Assembly: GCA_025594325.1 (NCBI GenBank) | Contig: JANHCV010000010.1 | Span: forward strand, 806,001-870,000 | DNA: 64,000 bases | Direction: 5' to 3' | Source: Blastocladiella emersonii ATCC 22665 | Lineage: Eukaryota > Fungi > Blastocladiomycota | Shown here: positions 21,545-33,967 of the stretch, in pieces | Position numbering within the stretch: the stretch's first letter is position 1 | Layout: every line of letters starts with the position of its first letter | Notes under the pieces: generated by a model | Seen by the model: the letters and a program-made list of their open reading frames with translations, nothing else | Told to the model about the DNA's origin: nothing | Database searches by the model: none | Made by a program: the position numbers and the translations under genes

Positions 21545-24500
21545 ATGGAAAAATCGCGATTACTGATGGCAATGGTCCGCCGCGATCCGGAGGCCCGCGC
21601 CTCCGTCGCCGCGGTTCGCACCGCCGTGGAAGAGTCGGTTGCTTCCACCGACGCAACCCCCCACGCGGCTCGCCTTGGATCAATCACGAACGATCTTGGC
21701 GTGCTCCAGCTTCATGCTTCATCAATCGGCGTGAGACCCGCGACGGTGCTTGACGTGCTTGGCAACGACGTGATTCTCGCACGTCTCTACTTTGGCTTCC
21801 TCAATCCCAAGGCGTGGGCGCGCTTGTGTGGAACGAGCCGACTTGTGCGTAGCGCCATGATGAGCATCCCGGTCGAACATTTGATGCCGCGCCCCTCGAC
21901 TCGCGCGCGCGCCCTTCACGCCGCGGCCGTTGCGGGTAGCACGCAACGTGTGCGCGAGCTGCTGCCTCACGCCAGCAACCCGGATGTGCGCTTCCACCGC
22001 TGCGAACCGGCCCTGATTGCCGCCGTCAAGAACTTGCGGTACGACGTCGTCCGCGTCCTTCTTGACGCTGGCGCCTCGCCCATCCGCATCCACACCATGT
22101 CGCTGGGCAAGCGTGCAAACGCTTACCACACGGCCATCAAGACGGGCGACGCACCCATGGTCCGGCTGTTGTTGCGCAACTCGTCCGCTCTCAGACGCAA
22201 TCCCAATTTTGCCGTCAACCTCAAGGGCTCTGCTTGCCCCATGACCGCCCTTCACGTCGCCATTGTGAGCCGGTCCGTCGACGTGGTGGAGTTGCTTCTC
22301 GCTGCCGGCGTTCCGCTGCTCCCCGCCCTGACCCAGGCCGAGCTCAACGCCAGCCCGACTCCACCGCATTCGCTACCTCCGATTCCAGCACCTACAACAG
22401 GCACGCCCACGCCCAGTCCTTACCGCACCGACAAGGCCGTGCGTGACGCCTTGGAACGGCGCGCAAGGCGTGTTCGCCGTCCGCTGGATCTTCCTGCGAC
22501 GCGCGAGTCGGAGGCCGCGCTTCTCCTCGGTCTCGCTACTCTCGCTCGCAGCATGACCATGGTCCAGTGGCTCTTTTCGCAGCGTATCCCGGTCTCGGGT
22601 CACCCGCGTACATCAGCGTTGCACGGTCTGCTTGGGGGTAAGACGGCGCTCATGATTGCCGCTGCCCGCGGCGATCTAGCCATGTGTAAGCTGCTGGTCG
22701 AGGGCGGCGTGCCACTTGTTCCGCCGCCGGGCACGTTGTCACCAAAGAGTCGAATTGGGCGGCAGGCGATTGATATCGCACTTGAAGAGAAGAGCATTGA
22801 CGTGTTTAACTTTCTCCTCGCCGCGCACACCAACCAAGGCTGTATTGTTGGTCACACGTGCGGTTCGGCTTTGACTGTCAATGCAAACGAAAAGCGTCTC
22901 GTAAAGTCTTTTCTCCAGTGCGCTACGGTGCACGGTAAAGTTGATGTGTTCAAGGCTCTCATCGATGCCGGGGCCCAGATTACGACCCCATGGCGCCCGT
23001 GGACCCAACCTGCGCTGCCCGCGTCTATGGCTGCGCTTGAACGCGTGCCTGGCGTTGATGATGCAGGCGACGGTGGCTACGTTCTCATCTGCCTCGCTCT
23101 GCGGTCCCGCCACGTGTCCATTGTTGATCAACTGTGCGCGGCTGCAAAGTGGATTCCGTGGAACGCCGCGGAACACCTGCGCCAGCACGCCAAGTCTCAA
23201 TCCGTTGCTGGACCCAGCGATTACACTCCGCCATCGTTCCTTGCGCCTGTTTACTCGAGCGTGCCGTTGCTTGGCAAGACTCCACTTCATTTTGTCCTCT
23301 TGTGGCCGCCCCACTTGTGGCAGCCGGTGGCCAACAAACTGCTTGACGGACACGCGTTTGTTAACGTGCTCGACTGCAACGGGCGGACGCCGCTCGATCT
23401 TGCCCTTGCCGCGGACGGCGTTGGCATCAATCATCCCGTCGTCGTGCGGATCTTGGCGCGCGGCGTCTACGCGTCGCACAACACTTACGTCATGCTTCTG
23501 CACTACGCCATCGCCACCGGCAACGAAGCGCTGCTGGCCAAGGTCTTGTGTGCGTCGCCTGCAACTGGAACGCGCGCGGGCCCCGAGGCCCTCACGCCAG
23601 CGGTCATTGGCTTCACGCACCCGAGCTCGAAGGCGCAGGGCCGCCCGGCGATCGATTGCGACATCATGGTACGTGCTATTGTCCGCGAAACGGCATCAGC
23701 CAGCAATCTGACAACCGGACGCGCTCGAATCTCAGGACCTTCCGCCCATGCTCATCGCCAAGTTTTCGATCATTGCCCAGCCGCTTGACCCGAACTCCAA
23801 TTTCTCGCACAGCAACCCGATGCCCAATGCCGCGGGCCATCTCGACATGGCGGACTCCCGCGTGAGCTGCATCATCACGCCGCTGATGCGCGCCCTGATT
23901 CAGCGCCGCTTGAAAATGGTCGACATGCTTTTGGAGGCCGGCGCGAACCCAAACCTTGGTGCGGTCGGCGAGTGCGCCACCAGTGCGTTTTGCCCGCCAC
24001 CTGGGGTCGCCCTTTCGCGGTCACCGCTCGCCCAGGCCATCGCCATGGCCAACCGCGACGCTTTTGAGCTTCTTCTCCGCCATGGCGCAAGCATGCGAGT
24101 TGGCGAGCACTCCGTGACCAAGTGCGACGGGCGGATAACCATTGACTTGGAGTCTCGTCGCGGACCGTCGTCACTTGGCGGTGGTGCTGGGAACACCGCG
24201 GGCAAGTGGTGGGCTCCCGAAACCGATCCTGGTTGCCGTATGACGGTCGCTCGGTTTGCGCGTGCCTTGCTTGCGGCCGTCCAACGGCGGGAGCGGGAGT
24301 CGCTGGGCAACGGCGCCGAGTTCAAGTTTGTGCCTGTTTCGCGACTCGAATCGTCGTCGCACCTCGGCTCTTCGTTCACTCCCGCGCCTGTCGATCGGGC
24401 GCCAGCCATGTCCTTTGATTTCGGCAACGGCGACTCGGCTACTTTCGTGTCCGCGCCTGCATCCGATCCGACAACTGGTTTCGACTTTGTTGCCCCTGCA

Positions 24501-25223
24501 CCGGTCCCTGTTCCTCTCGGCCAGCGCCCCACCTTCCCGTCGACCACCATCACACCGCTTCGCAGCGCTGGCAGCGGTGCCACGCCCCAGTTTGCGCCGG
24601 CAAAATACGCGCCCGCGACCGTCACGCTTGACAACGACTCGGCCCACTTCTCGATCGCTTCGCTCGCGTCCAACCCGAACTTGACTTCGGCGGCGCTTGC
24701 GCCGTTCGTTGAGCTTCTCACCGCGCTCAATGCGCCGCACACGTGGCTCCGCATCCCGTGCGAGCGCGTATGCTTGCTCTCGCGCCGATTCATGGGCGTT
24801 CTTGGTCACAAGCACGACGAGAGCGCACGGTGTCTCGATTGCGACGTGAGTCGCGCAAGCGAGTTCAGTGGGTCATCGGCGGCCGCTTCTGCGCCCGAAA
24901 CGCCCGCGGGCATGCGCGCGAAACGACGCGGCGCGAGGACGACCGAAGCGCGATCTGGGCTCGCGTTTGGGTCATCAAGCAGCAGCAACGGAAGCGGTGG
25001 GCCGGCGATCTCGTCCTCTGCTCACTCCATCGCTGCTGGATCAACTGGGCCATCGCTGCCCTTCGCGTTCACGTTTGCTTCTTTGACATCGACATCCCCA
25101 TCGCCATCGCTTACTTCTGCTCCTGCGTCGACAAGCGCCCCGCTCCCCTTCACTTTTGGCGCAGCGGCGACGGACTCGGCTAGCGCAACGGGCGTTGCGT
25201 CGCCCGGACGTCCCTCAGCGTGA
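21545..25223 (+). CDS. Large ankyrin-repeat protein (about 1200 aa) with F-box-like segment and Ser/Phe-Gly-rich tail
   Basis: Intron 23669-23735 (GTACGT...CTGAC...CTCAG) joins the 747-aa and 491-aa ORFs in frame (IM-DLPPMLIAKF). Ankyrin units ALHAAAVAG, TALHVAIV, KTALMIAAARG, GRTPLDLA, TPLMRAL. F-box-like VLDVLGNDVILARLYFGFLNPKAWARLCGTSRLVR. Confidence 0.8.
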
Positions 25224-25610
25224 TTTGTTTGAAATATAGTTTCTGCATGAGTTTTAGTTTGTTAATATTGACTCGTAATCGACTTATCTTGAGCTGTGAT
25301 ATACCGGGCCAGCGCCCAAACATGCCGAACCACGGAAGGACTTTCGCATCTCGCGTCCTGCATCCATCGCTGGACCACGCATCGATGAAGGAGGCCATAA
25401 TCAATGTGTCTTCGCTCCTATTGATGATCACGGGTCTGGTTAAACGATCACGGCGGAACGAAGGTGAGTCGAAAACGACGCGTCGATTTATCATGTGATG
25501 AAGCAGTGTGGCTGAGACAACAGCGGGACGATCGCTGAGCGCGAGACGACGACTTTCACTCCCTGCACTCCTTGCCCCCTTCAATGAACGTCACGTAGAC
25601 TTGATGCAAA

Positions 25611-27334
25611 ATGCTCAAAGCTATTCATGTGCCCGAAATCCTTGAGACAATCCTTGTTTATGTCATTCGACAACACGACCCTGCCGACACGGCTGGGCTC
25701 CTCGAGTAAGCGCGCGTCTTGCCGCGGTCGCTCGCCCCGCATATTGAGCGTGTGCTCCTAAAATGCGCTGTAACTCTCTCTTATGATGCCGCTACTGCGC
25801 GCGGCGACATGGTCTTGCTCAACAAGCGGTCCACACATGGCTTCCCTCTCCACTGCTCACCCGATGCCCTCGAGACCGCCATCAAGGCACGCCACCTATC
25901 GACACTCGAATGGTGGCGAGACACGCGCTCGCTCGACCACTTGGAGATCCAAGCTGCTCTCATCAAGCGCCGCGTCAGGTCTTGCGCCTACGTTGCGCTT
26001 GGGCTTCCTCGTCCCTTGTCGCCCGATGACGTTGTCATCCAAATGATTCCTCCGCCCGACTATGATGTCGTCCTCGCCGAGCTTTGCGACAACGTTGCCA
26101 AGGGCGAGATTGGTGAGTTGTCACTCGATTACCTGCAGCTCACCACGGCTGGAGTCGACGTCCTCAACAGATCAATGGCGAGTCCCTCCCAGAAACTGCA
26201 GTCGATTACTGTCGAGGGCTGCACCATGGACCTTCCTCGTCTGCTCGCTATCCAGTTGCCCGAGACCCTTATCAACGCTAAATTTTGGAACCATTGGGTT
26301 AGCGGCCGAGCATCATCGATCGACCAGCTCTCTCCGATGACATGGCCCTCAAACCTCGAGTCGCTCACGTTTATATTTGCCGACCTTCCTCGAGCAGTTC
26401 CACTCCTTTTCCAGGGTCTTCCTGCGACGCTCCAGTCTCTTTCGGTTACCTACTGCTCGCTGGATGACCAAGCCGTCTTTGAACTCGTTCAGCTGTTGCC
26501 GAATACCCTCCACCATCTCGACTTGGATGGCAACGAACTTACTAGTGCGGGGCTTGCCTGTCTTCCGCCTCACCTTCCAGTCTCTCTCAAAGTTTTCAAG
26601 TTGGTTATCTTTCCTCCGAGACTCGTTGGGCCACAGCAAGCTACACTCGTGATTTGCGCGCCCATCCTACGCGCCTCACATCGCTAAGTATTATTTGTGG
26701 AAGCCTGCGTCACGGCGCGTTGGAGGCTTTCAAAGTTACCGCGTCCTCGCTGAGCCATCTTGGGCTCCACATGCTACGGCTCAAGAGACGTGCGGTTGAT
26801 ACGCTATGCAAGCTGCTTGCGGAGAACGCTGGAACTCTCGATTCTCTCGATGTCTTCAAGTGCACCATGCCGCGTGCCAGTCTGCTGACTCTACTTCCGT
26901 GGCTTCCCTCCGCTCTCAAACGGCTCAGGCTCAGCAATGTCCGCCTTGGGCCCGACGGCGCTGTCGACCTGGCGCTACACATGCCTCCTTCCCTTCAAAA
27001 GCTCGATCTCGGGTGCACGTGGCTTAATGACGCAGCGATTGCGGCACTGACGCCTGCGCTTCCAGCAACTCTTGCCGAGTTGAATCTCGGCTGGAACCAG
27101 GAGATCACGGATGTGGGAATCATGACTCTTGCGCCTGCACTTCCAGCAGCCCTTGTCAACCTGAACCTCGCTTCCAACAAAATGAGCGACGTGGGGGCGA
27201 CCGAGCTTGCGAGGCAGTTGCCAAAGGGGCTCAACATCCTCAATCTTCTGCGCAACAACGGAGTGACGGCCAATGGTCGGGCTGCCGTTCAGGCGCTCGC
27301 TCCGCCCGATGCGATGATCTGTTTTGGTGACTAA
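25611..27334 (+). pseudogene. RNI-like LRR gene with premature stop and frameshift
   Basis: MLKAIHVPEILETILVYVI...GLLE*ARVLPR has TAA at 25707-25709. A frame change near 26605 links the 322-aa and 226-aa ORFs. LxxLxLxxNxI repeats. Paralogous to 30074-28146. Confidence 0.8.
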
Positions 27335-27546
27335 GTCCGCCTTGCTTGACTTCCCGTATTTTTGCCCTTTGCGCCGTCGCGGCGTTGTGCTATCTCTTTC
27401 TAAACCTAGTCCAAATCTTCAATACATAATTAACGCTAACCCCACAGTATGTCATTTCTTACCTCACACAACAAGCGACAGCGTATTCTAGCTGTGACGT
27501 TCGCTCAAGGGAAGCTTGTTCTTGTAGCTCAGGAACCCTTCGACAC

Positions 27547-27840
27547 TTATCCCTTGCTCCAAAAGCGAGGGTGATTGTGGGATGTGGGCAATCGGGGCTC
27601 AAGCAGCTGGTCACGCTGTGGCGCAGCACGTCCTGAATGCTCAATCCAACTGAACGAAGTAAATATATTTACAGGAAGGGTTCGATCCATGTTCAATGAC
27701 AAAGCCCATAATGCTCCAACATGGTGCTCCAAGCTCGCGAGTAATACCTTGCGGCTACAATCGTCCGGGTCGCCGTGCCGCGCGATCGCATAAACAAGAA
27801 CCCGCTCGAGTATCTCGGGGACATGCATGGATCCGAGCAT
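27547..27840 (-). pseudogene. Relic 5' end of another LRR-family gene
   Basis: MLGSMHVPEILERVLVYAIARHGDPDD closely matches MLKAIHVPEILETILVYVIRQHDPAD, then degenerates. Confidence 0.6.
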
Positions 27841-28145
27841 TTTGCATCAAGTTAACGTTGCATAGAGTGAGGTTTTCGACGGCAGTGTGACGCGATGGAG
27901 AGAGCGAGACGGCGCTGGAGCCGGCAAGCCAGCTCGTTGGAAGCCCGCGCACTGCGGTCACATGATAGATCAACGCGTCGCTCGTCGCGTCCCTCGCCGC
28001 GGAGCTCGGGACGGATTTACCACCACCGTCACGCCAACCATATCGAGGTGCTATACTGGTGCATGACCGACGGGGTCGATCTCCAGCCAAAGTACGTCCA
28101 ACAAGCCTTGGCGACTCAAGAGGAACTGAAGGAAACCTGCTTATA

Positions 28146-30074
28146 TTACGTTCGCACGAACAACCCTCGCGGATTTTGCCCGAGCACGCGGACGCCCAAC
28201 GATTCGAGGCGTGCCTTTCCCTCGTTCGAGATACCCGTCCGCTTGAGATTCACAGTTTTCAGGGCCGAAAGAGCGCGAGCCTCGAGCAAGCCCGCGATCT
28301 TGTCGTCCACGCTCAAGTTGTCAAATAGATCAAGGGATGTGAGGGTGTCGGGGAAAGCAGAGACTAGCGGCGCTGCAGTGTCGCTTGAGATCGAGCACGA
28401 GTTGAGGACCAGGCTGACGAGAGAATCCGCGCGTCGAAGCCATGAAGCGAATGCCTCAACATCTTGAGTGGTGAGGGATGCGCCAGTTAGGGCTAAGTGA
28501 GCGAGGCCGCTTGCGTCAAGCCGCTCGAAGAAAGCCGCTACCGACTCGTACAAAATTCCGCAACCAACCAACTCGAGTTTCTTGATACTTGGTGGGATCA
28601 TCGCTCCAATAGTGGCCGGGCGAGGTGGGACCAGGGAAACGTTCTCAAGTTTGAGCTCCCGGAGACCGGTGCACGAGGTAAAGACCGCGTCAAGGAACTC
28701 GAGGAGTCGTAAATCACGGCCATAGATGCCAAACAGTTCGAGACGGGTCAGCGTTTGAGGAAGAGCAGAAACAAAATCGGCCAAGCTGTCGTAGTCGATG
28801 TGCTCGAATCCGAGGCCAAGCTTACTGAAGTGCGGCAGTTGACGCGCCATAAACGCTTCAGCTAGGGAACAATCCAACGCTTCGAAGCTAATATCAAGGT
28901 CGACGATTGACGCTGGGAGCGCTCCAACGACGAGCGTGGGATGAAGCCAGTAGGGAGGAAGCCAGTGTTGCTTGGGCGAAATACAGCATCGTTTGAGCGA
29001 AAGCCGCTGAAGCCTCGAAAGCTGGGGCAGCCGATGCAAAAAGGCTTGGAGTTCGCGATCCGTTGCCAGCGTGTTATCCGACAAATCCAATTCCAGCAAT
29101 CCGAGCGGAAGCAGCCCAAGAAGACCTGAAGCGTCGGAGCGTTGGGGAAACAGCTCAGAGCGTCTCCAAGTGTCGAAGCGTAGGGCAAAAAAGCATTTGC
29201 GCAGAATCAAGCGCTCCAGAGTTGGCGGGAGATGAAGTCCGAGAGCCGATGCGGCTGCCGTGTCGAGTTCGTTCTCGGATAGATCGAGGCTAGCCAGAGT
29301 GGGCGGCAGGCGAGGCACAAGCTCAACGATCGCGTGCGGGTTGAGTGAACAATATTGCAGGCTGAGTGAAGCCAAGGATGGCGGTAAGATGCACGAGAGC
29401 TGATCAATATCGGGAAACACGTTCTTGCTGAGATCGAGTCGGGTGATGGTGTTTGGAAGGTGAAGCGCGGCCGCACGGGCAACGCTGAGGTTGCAGCAGA
29501 TGAGCGAGATGCAAGTCACGCGCTGGTCAGGGCATGTGAGCGCGCGGTTGAGTCCCTCGATGCCGTCAAGCGTTAAGCGCTGCTTTTCGAGCTTGAGCTC
29601 CTCGAGTTGACCAGCAGCGATCGCGTCCTCGAGGTCCGCGACTGCTTTGTCGCATCGGGCAGGAAAAAGCGGCGAAAGCTTCGATTCCCGTGCGAGCGCA
29701 GTCAAAAGCCGCTCCTCTTTCTTGCAGTACTTCCAAATCCGCATGGTGGCGTAATGGTCTCGCCAGAACGCAATCACGTCGCCAAAGTCTTCATGGAGCG
29801 CGTGGTTGAGCGAATCATAGTCGATTGCGAGTGGGTATCCAAAGCTGTGCAGAAGCCGAAGAAGCGCCGCGTTGCCAGCCATCGTTGCTTGCTTGTAGTT
29901 GCATTGACAGTGATCGAGAACTGCCCGCGTAACTTTCGGAGCGATCGCGCGCGGGAGCACACCGAGGTACGGTGTCACTCCGCGCAGGTCCCCTGGAGGG
30001 TGAAGCTTGACGGCGCGGACCAGAACGGCCTCGATAATGTCGCCGACGGCCAGTTTAAATTGCAGCAAGTCCAT
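28146..30074 (-). CDS. Intact intronless RNI-like LRR protein with F-box-like/ankyrin-like N-terminus
   Basis: 642-aa ORF. LRRs such as ITRLDLSKN, LASLDLSENEL, LLELDLSDNTL, LTSLDLFDNL. Confidence 0.85.
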   Translation of the reverse strand: MDLLQFKLAVGDIIEAVLVRAVKLHPPGDLRGVTPYLGVLPRAIAPKVTRAVLDHCQCNYKQATMAGNAALLRLLHSFGYPLAIDYDSLNHALHEDFGDVIAFWRDHYATMRIWKYCKKEERLLTALARESKLSPLFPARCDKAVADLEDAIAAGQLEELKLEKQRLTLDGIEGLNRALTCPDQRVTCISLICCNLSVARAAALHLPNTITRLDLSKNVFPDIDQLSCILPPSLASLSLQYCSLNPHAIVELVPRLPPTLASLDLSENELDTAAASALGLHLPPTLERLILRKCFFALRFDTWRRSELFPQRSDASGLLGLLPLGLLELDLSDNTLATDRELQAFLHRLPQLSRLQRLSLKRCCISPKQHWLPPYWLHPTLVVGALPASIVDLDISFEALDCSLAEAFMARQLPHFSKLGLGFEHIDYDSLADFVSALPQTLTRLELFGIYGRDLRLLEFLDAVFTSCTGLRELKLENVSLVPPRPATIGAMIPPSIKKLELVGCGILYESVAAFFERLDASGLAHLALTGASLTTQDVEAFASWLRRADSLVSLVLNSCSISSDTAAPLVSAFPDTLTSLDLFDNLSVDDKIAGLLEARALSALKTVNLKRTGISNEGKARLESLGVRVLGQNPRGLFVRT

Positions 30075-30711
30075 GATTCATGAGGTACGTATGAGTTGAG
30101 GAGAGAAGTTAAATAACTCTGCGCGACTTAAAGAACGCACGCACGTCGCAGTCCACGTCACTGCCAACTCACTCACCTGCTCACTCACCCGGCTGCCGCT
30201 CGGTCGCACTCACTCACTCGAGGAAATTTGACTCATTTCGTTCGCTTGAGGAGTCAATTCTCGCTGCAATACAATCAGCCTCGGTTGCACCAAATTTCAT
30301 GGTTCATTAGATGCATGCGCGTTGAGAAGTGGGCTTGGGCGCTGACAATCAGGTTACATTGCAGCAAGTCCATGATTCATGAGATGCATGTGCGATGAGG
30401 AGTGGATTGAACTTGGCGGGAGTGGAGAGGGCGTCGCCGAAACGGCTCCCAGCTTGAGGGAGCTGGCGTCACGCCTGACGTCAGGTCCGAAGCATGGGTC
30501 GCGACGCGACAGCTGATGCCAGGGTCAAAATGTTTGCCATCAGGTCTGGCGTCAGACCACGCAGCAATCGTCGCGTCAGACGTGACGCCAGGCCTGACGC
30601 AACGCTTGATGCGAGGGTCGGTGCCTGGTTCGCGCCGCGCTCCCGGATAGCTCACGTGCTCACCCTGATAGGCATACTGATAGGCCGATTCGAATAATAG
30701 TGCTATAGTGA

Positions 30712-31880
30712 TCATGATACGCCGCTACACGCGGCCGCCACCGCGCCCATCCGGCGCTCGCGGCCCAAGCTCTTCCGCGGCCGCCGTCCCCGCCACTCCT
30801 TGATGCGCGGGAACGAGTGCTTGAGCTCGGTCTCGATGCCGCTGACCCGTGGCCGCCCGCCCACCTTCGACGTGGCAGTCGATCTTGATCGGGCTGAGCG
30901 GGTGCGCTTGATGGCCGCGCGGAGGCTGGCGCCCTTGATCTCCTTGAGTGACGTGATCTCGCACTTGGCGTCGGCGATGGCCACGGTCACCGACCGTCGC
31001 AGCGAGTCGGGCTTGGACTTCTGCGCCGCCGAGTGTCGTTGCCCTGGTGCAGAGGGGCGCAAGGTCAGCGACGCGTAGAGAGAGAGGGGCGGTGCGCGCG
31101 AGACGTACCGCGTGGTCCTCGTAGCCGAGGGCGACTTGTCCTTGCACTGCAGCGAGTCGAGGACCTTGGTCTTGTCGATGTTGGCGCCAGCAAGCTGCCG
31201 CTTGATCTGCAGTGAGACGCGTACGTGCGTGTTAGCGATGGGCTCGAAGCGCGCATCCTAGGCCGCGGACCAGGTCGAGAACGCACCGTGATCGAGCATG
31301 CCCTGGATCTCGCTGTATTTGACCTCGAACACCTTGGAGAGTCCGAGAAACAGCACGTCAGAGTCGATGACCATGGTCGGGGCCGTGGCTGCCGTTGCTC
31401 AAGGTCTTCGGCCGTCGCGGACGCGTCCTTGGTGACCATGGCGGTACAGCCGGTGATCGAGTCGAGCTTGGCCTCGCCGACGCCTTGGGCACGCGGACGA
31501 CGGCGCCCAAGAGTGCCGACACCCGCAGCAAGTGAGAAAGCGTACCGCATCGCCAAGCAGTTTGGCGGCCTTGATCACGTCGGCGAGGACCGCGGTTGCT
31601 TACACGGCCGAGGACGCGTCAGAAAGCGGGTCACGTCGTAGCCGCGGCGACACACGCGCACACATTGTCGAACTCGGCCGTGAACTCGCTTGGCGGGGCC
31701 CTTGTCGAACGTGTCGGTCGCGTAGACGCCTGACCTTGGACGCGTCACCGAGACGGCCGATCGTGTCAAACGAGGCGCACTTGGTGTTTTCGAGGCGTTG
31801 GTCGACACAATCGCTCGGTGGGCGGAGATCCGGACGAGTGAGGTGACGAAGGAGACGGGTCAGCGTGGTTCGAACGACAT
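30712..31880 (-). pseudogene. Decayed multi-intron gene of unknown function, divergent from the Plavaka transposase
   Basis: Several canonical introns on the minus strand (GTACGC...CCAAG, GTGCGT...GCTAAC...CTGCAG, GTACGT...GCTGAC...CCAG). They separate coding-like blocks (AVLADVIKAAKLLGDA, VIDSDVLFLGLSKVFEVKYSEI, IKRQLAGANIDKTKVLDSL) that do not join in one frame. Confidence 0.5.
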
Positions 31881-32539
31881 GTCAAGGCGGCGAGTGATAA
31901 GGGGGCGATGACGGACGGCACCGAGCCAATTCGACACATGGGTCAATCGGCAGCGGTGCCGTGCGTCGTAAGGGCGAAGAGTGTCGAGGGGAGGGGGAGG
32001 AAGTGGGGCGGATGAGTCGACGGAATACGCGCGCTCGCCGACTCAGCACGACGCGGATGCACCGCCGCGGCGGCGACGCACGTCTCCTTGGTTGGACCAA
32101 GCACGTCTCGGGGGTCGGTTCGTCGTCTTAGGCGAGCGTGGAGGCCGCGGACACGACTCGGACCCGGCGAGCGATGCTGCGAAGCCGGCCCCATGACGCG
32201 GGCGCCGCGGTGGCCGGCACGGTGTGGGCGACGTACGGGCGGGCCTGCGTGCGAGTCGCAAGAGCAGAGTGTGTCGATTGCATGGTGGTAAGTGGGGTCG
32301 GGCGGGGACTTGGCGGGTCGGCGGGAGCGGCAGCCATCCGCGCCCAACGCGCGCGCTGAAGAAGGATCGGCGGCGGACGAAAGCGTCACGTGGCATGACC
32401 TTCGCGTCCCTCGCCTCCCTCACCGCTCGACGCACCATGCAAATCTATCTTGCGAATCTATGCAACCGACCTGAAATGCCGAGCTCTACCTCTTGCTATG
32501 CCTGACGCTGTCAAATCTGTGTGTTTGCGCTCACACAGC

Positions 32540-33967
32540 CCCAATCTCGCCGTCGGAACTTGTCAAGTTCAAACTTCTCACGCTCTATGAGCTCCACTGC
32601 ACTCTGCTCCGCGGATCAGCGCCGAGTGACCGGTCGCTCGAGTACGCCGAACTGGCTCTCGGTTGGTTCAACCAGGCCGCTCGCCAAGTATGCGCGCGCC
32701 TCAACGACTCCACCGTGATCCACACGCTCAAGTACCACTGCCTGAGCGAGTACGTCGAGTTCATCAAGCGCTTCGGCCCCACCACGAACCTGTCGACCGA
32801 GGCGAGGGAGCGCGCGTACCAGTTCAACGCCAAGCTCGTGGTTAAGTTCACGAACCACACGGCGACCTCGACTGAACAGACGTTCTCGCGCATGGCCTCG
32901 TGCGTGGCCCTGCAGGCGATCGTGCGCGCGCGCTTGTGAGGGAGTGTGACCCCGCGGTACAGAATCGCTGGCTCTCGCGCGCCGTGGAGCATCACTAACG
33001 CTCGCGTCGTCACTCTCGCATCACAGGAATACGAGGGCATGGACGAGGTCTTCAACAACCTGGCCGAAGTGCGCCTGAGCACGCTCAAGGCGACGACGTT
33101 TGACCTCAGCAAGTTTGGTCCCGGGCGCGAGGTGCACTTCTGCTTCGGCACGACCGCGGAGTTGAGCGTCACCCAGCTCTCGACCTCGATTCCGTTCCTC
33201 GCCCAGATCCTCCACGGCTACCTGGCCGAGGATTCCGGACTCTCGGCGCAGCGCGCGGCCGACGACCCGCTGCTGGGTCCTGACGACGGCAAGGTACCCG
33301 CGTGCACGCGATCTGCATCAAATTGACGAGGAACTGACGCTTCCCGGCTCGCGATGCGTGTAGTTCCTCATGTCCAAGGCAATCTCGTTCGAGGCCTTCT
33401 CGCTCGGCGGGTTCCGCAACGAGCAGATCACGGGAACGTGCGAGTTCCCGACTCGCGGCAAATCGCACGCGGACTGGGTCATGGTACGCTGCTTGCTGAG
33501 CTCACACCCAAATCGTTCGGTCGCTAACATCTGCTATATCTCGCGTTCGGTAGTATCGCACGTCGGACAAGAAGGACCGCGTCGGGAAGCTAGCCGCCGC
33601 GCTGCACTTCACGCACAACGGCACTGAGCACGACATGGCCATTGTCGAACAGTTCCGCGTCCAGAACGACGCGCCGGGCAGCACCGTAACGTGCAAGGAC
33701 TTTCCCGTGCAGGCGCTCGCCCTGCATCCCGCGGAACCGGGTATAGGCCTCGGTCGGTACCACGCCGTGAGCGTGACGGACTTCCAGACGTTCGTCCACG
33801 TCGTGCCCAACTCCGATTGGCCCGCGGCGCCTACGCGCGCGGGCGCAGCCAACGCCCTGCTCAACAGCGAGTACAGGGAGTGGCTGCTCAATCCGTTCGA
33901 CTGCGCGGGGTCGGCCGCGCTCATGGCGTACCTGTGGGAGCGCGACCTGCTCGAGGTGGTTGTGTAG
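32540..33967 (+). mobile_element. 3' half of a Plavaka-type (CMC/CACTA superfamily) transposase gene, 5'-truncated
   Basis: KYHCLSEYVEFIKRFGPTTNLSTEARERAYQFNAKLVVKFTN matches the recalled Plavaka pattern K-x-H-x-L-x-H/E-Y...I-R-x-F-G...N-x-S-T-E...K...TN. Four exons (about 32540-32922, 33026-33293, 33364-33483, 33555-33967) join without stops. No N-terminal half or clear termini. Confidence 0.7.

Noticed and set aside
25379-25390. GCATCGATGAAG, the start of the conserved 5.8S rRNA motif
   Set aside because: Only 12 nt match. The expected continuation AACGCAGC and any rDNA context are absent.
15622-25709. Stop-codon reassignment (TAG at 15622 and TAA at 25707 both fall at Tyr-equivalent positions)
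   Set aside because: TAA and TAG end many conserved genes here (AKR, aquaporin, HD, YbaK, CDC25). TAC to TAA/TAG is a single substitution, and the same genes carry frameshifts, so decay explains it.
30697-30710. TAGTG (reverse CACTA) as a terminus of the Plavaka-type element
   Set aside because: I found no matching CACTA partner with a TSD at a sensible distance, and the orientation does not bracket the transposase.
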